A stretch of 64,000 bases of DNA from an uncultured Anaerolinea sp. (lineage in GTDB: Bacteria; Chloroflexota; Anaerolineae; Anaerolineales; Anaerolineaceae). The DNA is taken from NCBI GenBank assembly GCA_964428125.1, contig CAYRXB010000009.1, positions 10,006-74,005 on the forward strand, in the 5' to 3' direction. Both the position numbers and the translations under genes were made by a program. The notes beneath the pieces are model-generated. The model saw nothing but the letters and a program-made list of their open reading frames with translations. It made no database searches and had not been told where the DNA came from. Shown here piece after piece: positions 34,656-44,619 of the stretch. Each line of letters starts with the position of its first letter. Position 1 is the stretch's first letter.

Positions 34656-36533
34656 TTATTCTTCCCAATCCCATCCATCACCGCGTTTGTGTTTCTTGAT
34701 AGCAGTAGTTGCACCGCGGTCTTCGTCATACGTGATGACCACGTGTTTGCTCTTCTTCTTCTTGCCCTTCTTCTTGTCGCTTTCGTCGCTTTCTTCTTCG
34801 TCAGCGCCGATATTGGCCACATCCAACACTTCGGGGCGCAGTGAGAAAATCTCTTCGAGCGAGACTTCCTCTTCTTCTACGGGTTCAGCTTCAACAACCG
34901 CAGGCTTCACCTCGACCTCGGCTACGACTTCAACGGGGGTTTCTTCAACCACAGGTTCAACCGGTAATTCTGGTTCGACCACGGGGGCAACTACAACTTC
35001 AGGCACCACCGGGGCTTCCTTTTCGGCGATCAACTGTTCGTCAAGCCGGGTCATCAACTCTTCAATGTTGACCATGGCGCGGTCGCCGATGCCCTGCAGG
35101 CGGCGAATCTGCTCGGGATCCAGTTTCATCTGGACAGCCATTTCACCGACGGAGAAATAGCCGGCTTCCTGAAGCAGGTAACCAACATGTTCCGGCAGTC
35201 CGCTGTCGAGGATGCTCTTGGTGAAGGCAGAGGCAGGCACGAGTTTCTTGTATTCCGCCATCTGGGCTTCTTCAGCCTGTTTCTGCTCCTCGGTCTTGGC
35301 GGTGGCTTTGCGCTCCACCCGGTCAACGAACTTGGTCATTAAATCGAATTCTTCGGGGGTTAGTGGTTTGCCATCAGCTTTGCGTGCGAGGAATTCTTCG
35401 ATCTTGGCAGCATTGGCACTTTCAGCTTCGAGCATAACCGCAAAGTTGGGGTCGGTGCGCAGTTTCACCAGGCATTCAGAAGCAGCTTCGGGCAGGCTCT
35501 TGATGTCGATGCGCCAGTTGGTAAGCTTGGCAGCCAGGCGGGCGTTCTGCCCGTCACGGCCGATGGCAAGGCTCAACTGGTCTTCGGGGACGACCACATT
35601 GGCGGTTTTGCCGCCGCTGGTCTTTTGTTCATTGAGATATACACCGCTGACACGCGCCGGGCTGATGGCCTTGGCGATGAAGGCAGCGGGATCGGGATTC
35701 CACTCGATGACGTCGATCTTTTCGTCGTGCAGTTCGCGCACGATGGCCTGGATGCGCACACCGCGGATGCCGACACAGGCGCCGACGGGGTCGATGCCCT
35801 GCTGGGTGGCGGAAACAGCCACCTTGGCGCGTTGACCCGGTTCGCGGGCGATGGAACGGATCTCGACGATGCCGTGGAAAATTTCGGGGACTTCGTTCTC
35901 AAGCAGGCGGCGCAGGAAATTACGGTGGGTGCGGGAAAGGATGATCTGCGGTCCGCGCTGGTTCTCTTTGACTTCTGAGACGAGGGCGCGCACGCGGTCG
36001 TGGATGTGGAAGCGCTCGCCGGGAATCATTTCTTTGCGCGGCATAGCGGCTTCGGCTTTCAGTTCAAGCCCAACGGTGAGCCCGGTAGCGCCAACTGCCT
36101 GGACGGTGCCACTGACAATCTCGCCCAGCTGCTTCTCGTAGAAATCGACCTGTGATTTACGCTCGGCGTCGCGGATACGCTGCTGGATCACCTGGCGGGC
36201 GGTCTGGGCAGCCACACGGCCGAAATCTGCCGGGGTGGCTTCGACCAGCACCATGTCGCCAAGCTGCGCTTCTGGCATCACCTTCTGTGCTTCTTCGAGG
36301 AGGACCTCGGTGGGTTCGTTGTTGACTTCCTCAACGACTTCCTTCTCAGCGAAGATGGTGACATTGCCGGTATCGGGGTCGATACGAGCTTCGATGTGCT
36401 GCTTGGTGGGCACGATCACCGAGCGCCGGTAGGCTGAGACCATGGCCGATTCGAGCGCGGTCAGGATGATCTCTTTCGGGAGTCCTTTCTCTTCGAGGAC
36501 TTCGTTGAATGCGAGCATAAATTCGTTCTTCAT
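34656..36533 (-). CDS. nusA: Transcription termination/antitermination factor NusA with a long acidic/Pro-Val-Glu C-terminal extension
   Basis: 625 aa. N-terminal domain, S1 ([11 protein letters not shown]), KH1/KH2 ([32 protein letters not shown]), HhH-like region, then [49 protein letters not shown] and a Lys-rich tail. Confidence 0.93.
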   Translation of the reverse strand: MKNEFMLAFNEVLEEKGLPKEIILTALESAMVSAYRRSVIVPTKQHIEARIDPDTGNVTIFAEKEVVEEVNNEPTEVLLEEAQKVMPEAQLGDMVLVEATPADFGRVAAQTARQVIQQRIRDAERKSQVDFYEKQLGEIVSGTVQAVGATGLTVGLELKAEAAMPRKEMIPGERFHIHDRVRALVSEVKENQRGPQIILSRTHRNFLRRLLENEVPEIFHGIVEIRSIAREPGQRAKVAVSATQQGIDPVGACVGIRGVRIQAIVRELHDEKIDVIEWNPDPAAFIAKAISPARVSGVYLNEQKTSGGKTANVVVPEDQLSLAIGRDGQNARLAAKLTNWRIDIKSLPEAASECLVKLRTDPNFAVMLEAESANAAKIEEFLARKADGKPLTPEEFDLMTKFVDRVERKATAKTEEQKQAEEAQMAEYKKLVPASAFTKSILDSGLPEHVGYLLQEAGYFSVGEMAVQMKLDPEQIRRLQGIGDRAMVNIEELMTRLDEQLIAEKEAPVVPEVVVAPVVEPELPVEPVVEETPVEVVAEVEVKPAVVEAEPVEEEEVSLEEIFSLRPEVLDVANIGADEEESDESDKKKGKKKKSKHVVITYDEDRGATTAIKKHKRGDGWDWEE

Positions 36534-36569
36534 GTTTCTTTTCTCCGCCTGTTTTATATAACCCTTTAT

Positions 36570-36598
36570 CTAATAAGAAAAGTGGGGGCTGCCCACTT
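36570..36598 (-). terminator. Intrinsic-terminator-like hairpin in the nusA leader (possible attenuator)
   Basis: Minus strand: GAAGTGGG-cagcc-CCCACTTT followed by TCTTATT. It lies between the candidate promoter and the nusA RBS (GGAG, 10 nt before ATG 36533). Confidence 0.45.
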
Positions 36599-36635
36599 CT
36601 CGTTGTTGACCATAACGATGTTTCCGAACGACAAA

Positions 36636-36664
36636 AGTTTACCACAGATGCAAAATCATTTCAA
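36636..36664 (-). promoter_or_regulatory. Candidate sigma70 promoter of the nusA operon
   Basis: Minus strand TTGAAA (36664-36659), a 17-nt spacer, then TAAACT (36641-36636). Confidence 0.4.
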
Positions 36665-36727
36665 GGGTAAGAGTCTGTAATTACTTGACGCTGTATAATT
36701 ACTGAAAACTTACCTGGAGGGATTCCA

Positions 36728-38326
36728 ATGAGCAAAGACTACCTGTGGTGGCGGGACGGCGTGATCTACCAGATCTATCCGCGGTCGTATGCCGACAGCA
36801 ACGGTGACGGCATCGGCGACCTGCGCGGGCTCATCGGCAGGCTGGATTACCTGCAGGATCTGGGTATCGACGGCATCTGGCTATCTCCCATCAACCCCTC
36901 GCCGGACAAGGATTTCGGTTACGATGTAGCGGATTACAAGGGGATCGATGCCAAATACGGGACGATGGAAGACTTTGACCTGCTGCTGAAGGAAGCCCAC
37001 AAACGCGGTATCCACATCATCATGGACCTGGTGCTCAACCATTCCTCCGACCAGCATCCGTGGTTCGTGGAATCCCGCAAGTCGAAAGACAACCCCTACC
37101 GCGACTGGTATATCTGGCGCGACCCGAAAGACGGCAAGGTGCCCAACAACTGGCAGTCGATCTTCGGCGGCAAAGCCTGGGAATATGATGAGAAGACCGG
37201 GCAGTATTACTATCACATGTTCGTCAAGGAGCAGCCGGACCTCAACTGGCGCAATGACGCGGTGAGGAAGGAACTGCTCTCAGTCTTCAATTACTGGGCT
37301 GACCGCGGGGTGGACGGCTTCAGGCTGGACGTGTTTAACGAATATTTCAAGGACGCACAGTTCCGCGACAACCCGACCAAATTCGGGCGCCGCCCCTTCG
37401 ACGCACAGGAGCACCTGTATGACACCAACCAGCCCGAGATGATGGGGGTGGTGCACGACATCCGCGCCATCCTCGACAAGTACCCCGAGCGGTACGCGGT
37501 GGGCGAAACCTTCATGACCACGATGAAGAACGCGGCGGATTACAGCGGTGAAGGCAAGCTGCACGCCACCTTCGACTTTTCCTTCCTGTGGAAAAAATGG
37601 GCTCCCGCCGGCTTTCTGGAAGTGATCCAACGGTGGGAAAGCGTGATGCCCCCCGATGCCTGGCCGAATTACGTGCTCAACAACCACGACAACAAGCGCA
37701 GCGCCACGCGCTTCAAAGCGCCCGAGGACGACGAGCGGCTCAAGGTGGCGGCGGGGATGATCCTCACGCTGCGGGGAACGCCATTCCTCTACGCCGGCGA
37801 GGAGATCGGCATGCGCGATATCAAACTCAAACGCTCCGAGATCCAGGACCCAGTAGGCAAGCACTACTGGCCGATCAACGTGGGGCGCGACGGCTGCCGC
37901 AGCCCGATGCAGTGGAATGCGGACGTGAACGCCGGATTCACTCGCGGCAAGCCGTGGCTGAAAGTGCACCCGAATTACGTGCGGCGCAACGTGGAAGCGC
38001 AGTTGAAAGACCCGCGCTCGCTGCTTAATTTCTACAAAAGATTACTCCATTTGCGCAGGAACACGCCCGCTTTGCATCGCGGCAGCTTCATGGCGCTCAA
38101 CTTTGACCCGAAGCGCGTACTCGGGTACCTGCGCCAGGATGGCGACCAAACCGTGCTGGTGGCGTTGAACTTCGGCAAACGAAAGGTGCGCCTGGCGTTG
38201 GGGGATAGTCTGCGCCATCAAAGGTGGGAACTGCTGCTTTCCAACAAGCGGGAGACGACCCCGTCGGTCAGCAACGGCTGGCTGGCACTTGAAGGCGACG
38301 AGGTATGTATTTTGCTGCAAAAGTAA
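36728..38326 (+). CDS. GH13 alpha-glucosidase / oligo-1,6-glucosidase family enzyme
   Basis: 532 aa. WWRDGVIYQIYPRSYADSNGDGIGDLRG, HIIMDLVLNHSS, GVDGFRLDV and NHDN blocks (GH13 regions I-IV). Confidence 0.9.
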   Translation: MSKDYLWWRDGVIYQIYPRSYADSNGDGIGDLRGLIGRLDYLQDLGIDGIWLSPINPSPDKDFGYDVADYKGIDAKYGTMEDFDLLLKEAHKRGIHIIMDLVLNHSSDQHPWFVESRKSKDNPYRDWYIWRDPKDGKVPNNWQSIFGGKAWEYDEKTGQYYYHMFVKEQPDLNWRNDAVRKELLSVFNYWADRGVDGFRLDVFNEYFKDAQFRDNPTKFGRRPFDAQEHLYDTNQPEMMGVVHDIRAILDKYPERYAVGETFMTTMKNAADYSGEGKLHATFDFSFLWKKWAPAGFLEVIQRWESVMPPDAWPNYVLNNHDNKRSATRFKAPEDDERLKVAAGMILTLRGTPFLYAGEEIGMRDIKLKRSEIQDPVGKHYWPINVGRDGCRSPMQWNADVNAGFTRGKPWLKVHPNYVRRNVEAQLKDPRSLLNFYKRLLHLRRNTPALHRGSFMALNFDPKRVLGYLRQDGDQTVLVALNFGKRKVRLALGDSLRHQRWELLLSNKRETTPSVSNGWLALEGDEVCILLQK

Positions 38327-38413
38327 ACAATAATCCCCGGGTCAGAGATGAGCCGGGGATTGTTACAAAGAACAATTTCCTATTGCTGATTAGTTGATTG
38401 GTCTTGAATATTT

Positions 38414-38460
38414 CCTCACCCCAAATCCCTCTCCATAAATGGAGAGGGGCAGGGGTGAGG
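38414..38460. repeat. Nested perfect palindrome (second REP-like family) between convergent genes
   Basis: CCTCACCCC-aaat-CCCTCTCCA-taaa-TGGAGAGGG-gca-GGGGTGAGG. Confidence 0.7.
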
Positions 38461-38507
38461 TTTGAGTTAATTAAAAGCTTAAAAAATCCTGTAGTATGAT
38501 GCGATTA

Positions 38508-39587
38508 TTATCTCACCTTCAACGGCTTGAGATCAAACGGAACCCCATATTCGACCCCGGCTTTCTGCAGAGTAGCCAGCGCCGCCTCCGAGATGGGGAT
38601 GCCTTCGCGACTGGAGCGTTCGGCGTTTTCGAATTCCTTTTCACCGTGGATGAAAATGCGATTCTCGCCATCGGCTTTGGGGGAGTTCTTGAGGCTGAGG
38701 AGCAGGGCGTCCATATCCTGCTTGAACTCGCCGATCTCACGGAAAGCATCGATACGAATAGCGGCAAAAAAGTGACCGATGTTAGCCGGCTGTTCCCCGC
38801 CTGAGCCGTAGACACTGTCGGTAAATCCAGCGCCGGCAAGCACGCCGCAGAAGATATCGACCATCAAGGCGAGCCCGTAGCCTTTGTAGCCGCGCATCAG
38901 GGCGGTACCGCCAAGAGGCATGAGAGCACCGCCATTACTCACTTCGGCGGGATTTTCGGTGACATTGCCATTTGTATCGATCCCCCAACCGGCAGGGATA
39001 GGTTTGTTCTCCTTCTGATACACCGTGATCCGTCCGAGCGGGACGATGCTGGTGGCCATATCCAGAACGAATGGTTTTTGCGAAGCCGCCGGCACCGCCA
39101 CGGCGATGGGATTGGTACCCAACATGGCTTTTTTACCGTAGGTCGGCGCAACCAGCGGACCGGAGTTGGTGAAGCTGATGCCGATCATCTCCTCGGGGAG
39201 CGCCATCATGGCGTAGTAGCCGGCGATGCCGTAGTGGTTGCTGTTGCGCACCGTTGCCATCGCTATACCGGATTGGCGTGCTTTTTCGATGGTGCGGCGC
39301 ATGGTCTTCACGCTCACCGGGTGACCGAGCCCGTTGCCGGCGTCGATGCTGAGGGTTGTAGGAGTTTCCTTGAGGACTTTCATCGGGGAGAGGGGATCGA
39401 TCAGACCATTTTTCAGGCGTGAGCCATAGTAGCTGCTCAGGCGGATGATGCCATGGGAATCGACCCCGCGCGCGTCAGCAGAGAGGAGCACATCGGCTGC
39501 CATTTGGGCATCTTCTGTTGGCACACTCCATTTTTCAAGGTAGCGAACCACGTACTCGAACAGGTTGTCTTTATCGAAGTAGTACAT
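38508..39587 (-). CDS. Ldh_2-family oxidoreductase (malate / L-lactate / ureidoglycolate dehydrogenase type 2)
   Basis: 359 aa. ADARGVDSHGIIRL, VRNSNHYGIAGYYA, GTNPIAVAVP, GYKGYGLALMVDI. Confidence 0.88.
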   Translation of the reverse strand: MYYFDKDNLFEYVVRYLEKWSVPTEDAQMAADVLLSADARGVDSHGIIRLSSYYGSRLKNGLIDPLSPMKVLKETPTTLSIDAGNGLGHPVSVKTMRRTIEKARQSGIAMATVRNSNHYGIAGYYAMMALPEEMIGISFTNSGPLVAPTYGKKAMLGTNPIAVAVPAASQKPFVLDMATSIVPLGRITVYQKENKPIPAGWGIDTNGNVTENPAEVSNGGALMPLGGTALMRGYKGYGLALMVDIFCGVLAGAGFTDSVYGSGGEQPANIGHFFAAIRIDAFREIGEFKQDMDALLLSLKNSPKADGENRIFIHGEKEFENAERSSREGIPISEAALATLQKAGVEYGVPFDLKPLKVR

Positions 39588-39700
39588 GCAATGCCTCCTC
39601 AGGGATATTCAACTCAAATTATAACTGGTGTGCAATCGATCCAATAAGTAACTTGAAATTTTCTATAAATAAGGTATTCTTTGTACATAATAAGGAGACT

Positions 39701-40480
39701 ATGATGAAAAAGAAACTTTCTATTGTTATTGGTGGTTTATTGATCTTCCTGCTGACCGCAGCTTGCAGCCTGACCAATCTGGTCTCTTCTGCCACTTCGG
39801 GGATTAAACAGGCTTCCACGTCAGTGGGAGAAGTTGCCACCCTGGTGGGCAATATGGCGACGACGATGCCAGCAACCCTTGTGCCCCAGGTACTGGATAC
39901 CCCCGTGCCATCCTCTGGCGAGATCCTCATGACCGACGATTTCAGCGATACGAACAGCGGCTGGGAAACCTACTCCGGCCAGTATGGCAACTCCGGATAC
40001 AGCGACGGCGGTTACCTGGTGAAATCTATAGTCAAGGAAGAGTACATGTGGGGCAGCGCTGGTGTTGACCTGGCGGATATCCAGGTGGATGTGGATGCAA
40101 AGGTGCTCGAGACGGTTGAAAAAGGGTATGATGCTTACGGCATCGACTGCCGGATTCAATCCAACGGCGATGGCTACGGCTTCCGCATCACCTCCGATGG
40201 CTACTATGCCATTTCCCTGTACTCGAACGGCAAAGGCAAGACGCTGGTGGACTGGACGGAGAGCAGCGTTGTTTATACGGATGGGCGGGTGAATCACATC
40301 GGTGCAGTGTGCGCCGGAAATACCCTTCAATTGTGGGTGAATGGCGTAAAAGTGGCAGAAACAACGGATTCCACGTTCAGCCATGGCGATATCGCATTAT
40401 CTGCTATCGGTTTTTATGATGGAATTGTGCAGGTGTTGTTCGATAACCTGGTGGTTAAAAAAGTCAGCATTCGGAACTAG
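39701..40480 (+). CDS. Lipoprotein with one concanavalin/LamG-like (DUF1080-type) domain
   Basis: ATG 39701 is preceded by AAGGAG (39692-39697). Lipobox LLTAACS. The domain starts MTDDFSDTNSGWETYSG and ends VLFDNLVVKKV. The track start 39518 overlaps the upstream gene and is rejected. Confidence 0.75.
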   Translation: MMKKKLSIVIGGLLIFLLTAACSLTNLVSSATSGIKQASTSVGEVATLVGNMATTMPATLVPQVLDTPVPSSGEILMTDDFSDTNSGWETYSGQYGNSGYSDGGYLVKSIVKEEYMWGSAGVDLADIQVDVDAKVLETVEKGYDAYGIDCRIQSNGDGYGFRITSDGYYAISLYSNGKGKTLVDWTESSVVYTDGRVNHIGAVCAGNTLQLWVNGVKVAETTDSTFSHGDIALSAIGFYDGIVQVLFDNLVVKKVSIRN

Positions 40481-40581
40481 CAGGAACTCAACCTAATTCT
40501 CCCCGGAAAACACCCCGGGGATTTTTCTTTACTACAGGCAAGGCTATAATTAATTTTATTTCCAAAAACCAAAGGGGAATT

Positions 40582-42156
40582 ATGAAAGCTTTTTCTCTTT
40601 TCATTTCCAGTCTGGTGATCCTTTCACTGGTGTTGGTCGCTTGCAGCAGCTCCGGTGGGGGTGATAACCCGGCGCAGGGGATGCAGGTGGCGACGCTCTC
40701 CGGCACTCCCCAGAAAGGGGTAATTAACATTGCTACCCCAATCGTGAAACCAACGATCGACCTGGGTCCGATGATCCTCATGCAGGATGATTTCAGTGAC
40801 CCTGGCAGCGGCTGGGAAATCTATTCCGGCAAGTATGGTAGTGCAAGTTATGACCAGGATGGGTACGTTGTTGAGGCAGTTGTTGAAAAGGAATACAACT
40901 GGGGGGTGGCAGGGGTGAATTTCGATAACATTCGCATCGATGTGGAGGCCACTGCCATCACAACACCCGCGGATCTCAGTGACGGCTTTGGGGTGGATTG
41001 CCGAATCCAGGAGAATGGCGACGGGTATGGGTTCCGAGTGTCATCAGATGGATACGCGGAGATCGTGTTGTTCAAGGATGGCGAATCGACCCAGCTCTAT
41101 GACTGGACAAAAAGCGATGCCGTCAGTTCAGCAGGACGCACCAACCATATTACTGCCATTTGCGAAGGTAATCATTTTTCGCTGCTGGTGAATGATATCT
41201 TTGTTGCCGAGGTGGTGGATGATACTTATGCAAGCGGGGATATTGCACTTTCTGCCATCTCCTTTTCAGCTGACCCGGTGAAGGTGCTTTTCGATAACCT
41301 CATTGTTCAGTCCATTGGAAACCCGTACCAGTACGGTGACCGCACACCATACCCGGTGACGATCACTAACAACTCCGCACGAGAGATTTGCAGTGTGTAC
41401 ATCAGTCCGAATGAGAACGACAACTGGGGAGAGAACTGGCTGAGCGGGTCTTTGACTTTTGGTGCAGGAGATATGTTGACATTTGAAGATAATCTCAACC
41501 AGGTGGTAGATATCCAGGTGGAAGGCTGCGATTTCACCCGGTTGTTCGAGGGCTACCTCATCGACCTAGCAGTGAATAACCAGATCACTGTGAACGAACC
41601 TGTGGTACTAAAGCGGTATGACTTCACCTCCTATGATGGCTGGAGCATGGGTGGAATACCGGGCGGTACGGCAACCATCACGCAGGGGGATTATTACACC
41701 CTTACCACCCAGGCAGGGGGAGCTTTCAGCAGCGGAGTGGCGGCTTTTCCGATTGCCGATGTAACTCTGCGGGCGGATGCATCGCTGGCAAAGTTTGGTG
41801 AGCCGTCACCTGCTGTATACGGCATAATATGCCGGGTGCAGGAGGACGGCAGCGGGATTTTCTTTGCAGTACGCAGTGACGGCTTTGGCAGTGTCCAAAA
41901 ATGGGATGGAAGCACCCTGACCCCACTGACCGATTGGATCACCTCATCTGCAGTTAAGCAGGGGATCAATGCAAACTACATCGAAGGGAATTGCAAGGGC
42001 AACCATTTTAGCCTGTATGTTAACGGGGATTACGTGACTGAAACGGTCTATGACGGGTACCCGACGGGAAAGATTGGCGTTGGGGTGGTGCCGGATGGCA
42101 ACACTTCTCTCCGGGTCGATTTCGATTTTGTGGAAGCGCTGGAACCTCTGAAGTAA
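40582..42156 (+). CDS. Lipoprotein paralogue with two concanavalin/LamG-like domains and a middle domain
   Basis: 524 aa. Lipobox LVLVACSS. The first domain is closely similar to the upstream gene (MQDDFSDPGSGWEIYSG ... CRIQENGDGYGFRVSSDGY ... VLFDNLIVQ). A diverged third copy sits at the C-terminus (ICRVQEDGSGIFFAVRSDGF ... VDFDFVEA). Confidence 0.75.
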   Translation: MKAFSLFISSLVILSLVLVACSSSGGGDNPAQGMQVATLSGTPQKGVINIATPIVKPTIDLGPMILMQDDFSDPGSGWEIYSGKYGSASYDQDGYVVEAVVEKEYNWGVAGVNFDNIRIDVEATAITTPADLSDGFGVDCRIQENGDGYGFRVSSDGYAEIVLFKDGESTQLYDWTKSDAVSSAGRTNHITAICEGNHFSLLVNDIFVAEVVDDTYASGDIALSAISFSADPVKVLFDNLIVQSIGNPYQYGDRTPYPVTITNNSAREICSVYISPNENDNWGENWLSGSLTFGAGDMLTFEDNLNQVVDIQVEGCDFTRLFEGYLIDLAVNNQITVNEPVVLKRYDFTSYDGWSMGGIPGGTATITQGDYYTLTTQAGGAFSSGVAAFPIADVTLRADASLAKFGEPSPAVYGIICRVQEDGSGIFFAVRSDGFGSVQKWDGSTLTPLTDWITSSAVKQGINANYIEGNCKGNHFSLYVNGDYVTETVYDGYPTGKIGVGVVPDGNTSLRVDFDFVEALEPLK

Positions 42157-42218
42157 ACAGGTAAAAATCCATTGACAAGGGTTTCGTTAACCTTGTCAAG
42201 GTGAGTTGGTTTTAGTAG

Positions 42219-42252
42219 AAAAACCCGAAGTCCAAAAAGACTCCGGGTTTTA
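42219..42252. terminator. Bidirectional terminator between the lipoprotein gene and fhs
   Basis: AAACCCGAAGTC-caaaaa-GACTCCGGGTTT (11 of 12 bp paired), flanked by an A-run and a T-run. Confidence 0.7.
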
Positions 42253-42287
42253 GTTTCAGTAACTCATCGAAGCTCTGAGTGGTCGTT

Positions 42288-44213
42288 CTAACTGAGACCG
42301 ATAACCTTGCCGGTATCCGTCTCAAGGTCGATTTCCATAAACATGGGGCGGGTGGGCAGCCCGGGCATGGTGGACATGGTGCCTACCAGTGGGTAGAGGA
42401 AGCCAGCGCCAACGGAAGCGCGGACATCGCGGATGGGAATACGGAAGCCTTTGGGGACGCCTTTGAGTGCAGCATCATGCGAGAGGCTGAGGTGGGTTTT
42501 GGCAATGCAAATAGGCAATTTATCGAACCCGAGCCGCGTGTACTCCTTAATGCGCTCCTCCGCTTCGGGCAGATAATCCACCCCGTCAGCCCCGTATACC
42601 TCTTTGGCGATACATTCGATCTTCTGCTTGATCGACCATTCCAGCGGGTAGAGGAACTGGAAATGAGAGGGCATTTCAGCGGCTTTGACCACGGCTTCAG
42701 CAAGCTCAATCGCCCCCTCTCCGCCTTTTTCCCAGTGTTCGCAGATGAGGGCATCTACTGCGCCGCCTTCTTCAATCGCTGCTTTGCGGATGAGGTCCAG
42801 TTCGGTTGGGGTATCGGTGAGGAAGCGGTTGACTGCCACCACCACGGGGATGCCGAACTTGCGCGCGGTTTTGATATGGTGCAGCAGGTTGGGCAGTCCG
42901 GCGCGCAGCAGGTCGAGGTTTTCCGCTGTATAAGCAATGTCCAGCGGTTTGCCGGCAACCACCTTCGGACCGCCGCCGTGCATCTTGAGGGCGCGCACCG
43001 TGGCGACCATCACCACTACCGAGGGGACAAGCCCGGAATAGCGGCTCTTGATATTCATGAATTTTTCCATACCCATATCCGCACCAAAGCCGGATTCGGT
43101 GATGACATAATCCGCCAGTTTGAGTGCGATCTTATCCGCCAGGATGCTGGAGTTTCCATGAGCAATGTTGGCAAAGGGTCCGGCGTGGACGAAGACCGGC
43201 GTGCCTTCGACTGTCTGCATCAGGTTAGGCTTGATGGCATCGCGCATGAGCACAGTCATGGCGCCGGCAACCCCCAGGTCTTCAGCAGTCACCGCATCAC
43301 CGGATCGGCTGATGCCGATGACAATCTTCCCCAGGCGCTCGCGCATATCCTTGAGGCTGGTGGTAAGGGCAAGGATAGCCATGATCTCCGAAGCCACAGT
43401 GATATCAAAGCCGGTCTCGCGGGTAGCGCCTTTTTCTTCGGGTCCGGTGCCGATGGTGACGCCGCGCAGGAAACGGTCGGAGGTATCGAGCACGCGCCGC
43501 CAGGTGATGGTGGCAGGGTCGATATCCAACCGGCAGAGTTTGCGGCGCTGCTCAGGTGTGAGCTCTTCAGGGTCGGAGGCAGTGATGCCCAGCTTTTCAA
43601 GACGGACAACCATACCCCTGGTGAAGTGGCGCTTGCCGGTCTTATCCGCTGGCAGCAGGCGGTTGAACAACTGCTCATCGGTGGCGTCGGCTTCATGGAA
43701 CATGCGGGCGTCAATGGCAGCCGCCATCAGGTTGTTGGCGGCGGTGATGGCGTGGATATCACCGGTGAGATGCAAGTTGAATTCTTCCATGGGCACTACC
43801 TGGGAATAACCGCCGCCAGCAGCCCCGCCCTTGATGCCAAAGGTGGGACCCTGCGAAGGCTGGCGGATGCAGGTGATGACGCGTTTGTTCAGGTGCGCGC
43901 CCAATGCCTGGCTGAGCCCAACGGTAGTGGTGGTCTTACCCTCTCCCAATGGTGTTGGATTGATGGCAGTTACGTCGATATACTTTCCATCAGGCACATG
44001 ATGAAGGCGTTGGAGCACTTCAAGGCGGACCTTGGCTTTGGTATCGCCGTATTGCTCGATCTCGTTGGGCAATAGCCCAAGCTCTTCAGCGATGAGGGTG
44101 ATCGGTTTTAATGTCGCCTCCTGGGCGATTTCGATATCGCTTGGTACAGGGCTGCGGCGATTTAGTTTGGTGGGGGTAAATGGCTTATGGGTAATGGGTT
44201 GTGTGGGGGTCAT
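42288..44213 (-). CDS. fhs: Formate--tetrahydrofolate ligase
   Basis: 641 aa. [40 protein letters not shown]. Longer than the usual form, with an internal insertion around [23 protein letters not shown]. Confidence 0.93.
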   Translation of the reverse strand: MTPTQPITHKPFTPTKLNRRSPVPSDIEIAQEATLKPITLIAEELGLLPNEIEQYGDTKAKVRLEVLQRLHHVPDGKYIDVTAINPTPLGEGKTTTTVGLSQALGAHLNKRVITCIRQPSQGPTFGIKGGAAGGGYSQVVPMEEFNLHLTGDIHAITAANNLMAAAIDARMFHEADATDEQLFNRLLPADKTGKRHFTRGMVVRLEKLGITASDPEELTPEQRRKLCRLDIDPATITWRRVLDTSDRFLRGVTIGTGPEEKGATRETGFDITVASEIMAILALTTSLKDMRERLGKIVIGISRSGDAVTAEDLGVAGAMTVLMRDAIKPNLMQTVEGTPVFVHAGPFANIAHGNSSILADKIALKLADYVITESGFGADMGMEKFMNIKSRYSGLVPSVVVMVATVRALKMHGGGPKVVAGKPLDIAYTAENLDLLRAGLPNLLHHIKTARKFGIPVVVAVNRFLTDTPTELDLIRKAAIEEGGAVDALICEHWEKGGEGAIELAEAVVKAAEMPSHFQFLYPLEWSIKQKIECIAKEVYGADGVDYLPEAEERIKEYTRLGFDKLPICIAKTHLSLSHDAALKGVPKGFRIPIRDVRASVGAGFLYPLVGTMSTMPGLPTRPMFMEIDLETDTGKVIGLS

Positions 44214-44407
44214 TTCAGCTCCTTTTTGGGTGGTTGACCTTGGTTAATTAAAGACCAAATTGGTCTGAAATGCAAGGATATTTTGATCGAAAGTATAGTC
44301 ACACAACTGTTAAATTCGTTATCCGCAGAACGATTTTGTATGCTATACTGACTTTATTGGGAAGGGCTTTCCTTCCTGTGGGATATCAAAAGTTTAGGAG
44401 GATAAAA

Positions 44408-44554
44408 ATGGCAGAAGTTGCATATTGCATGAAGTGTAAAAAGAAGCAGGCTATGAAGGACACCCAGGAAGTGACCATGAAGAACGGCCGCAAAGCCCTC
44501 AAAGGGAAATGCACGGTTTGCGGAACCGGGATGTACAAGATCCTGGGCAAGTAA
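44408..44554 (+). CDS. Small zinc-ribbon protein (DUF5679-like)
   Basis: 48 aa: MAEVAYCMKCKKKQAMKDTQEVTMKNGRKALKGKCTVCGTGMYKILGK (CxxC...CxxC). AGGAGGA RBS at 44395-44401 and a terminator downstream. The track start 44270 is rejected. Confidence 0.75.
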   Translation: MAEVAYCMKCKKKQAMKDTQEVTMKNGRKALKGKCTVCGTGMYKILGK

Positions 44555-44571
44555 GAATTCGTCTTTCAAAT

Positions 44572-44606
44572 AAAACCGCGTCTCCGAAGAGGCGCGGTTT
44601 TTGTTT
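44572..44606 (+). terminator. Rho-independent terminator
   Basis: AAAACCGCGTCTC-cgaa-GAGGCGCGGTTTT followed by TGTTT. Confidence 0.85.
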
Positions 44607-44619
44607 CCTTAGAACTATT

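Noticed and set aside
42279-44075. 598-aa plus-strand ORF; also 43165..43809 and 37280..37969
   Set aside because: These are antisense shadow ORFs of fhs and of the GH13 gene.
44214-44330. Possible ZTP (pfl) or THF riboswitch in the fhs 5' leader
   Set aside because: The minus-strand leader lacks the conserved GGGTCGTGACTGGCG / CCGCCTGGGCA (ZTP) blocks, and I saw no THF-like core. Only a small AGACCAAATTGGTCT palindrome is present.
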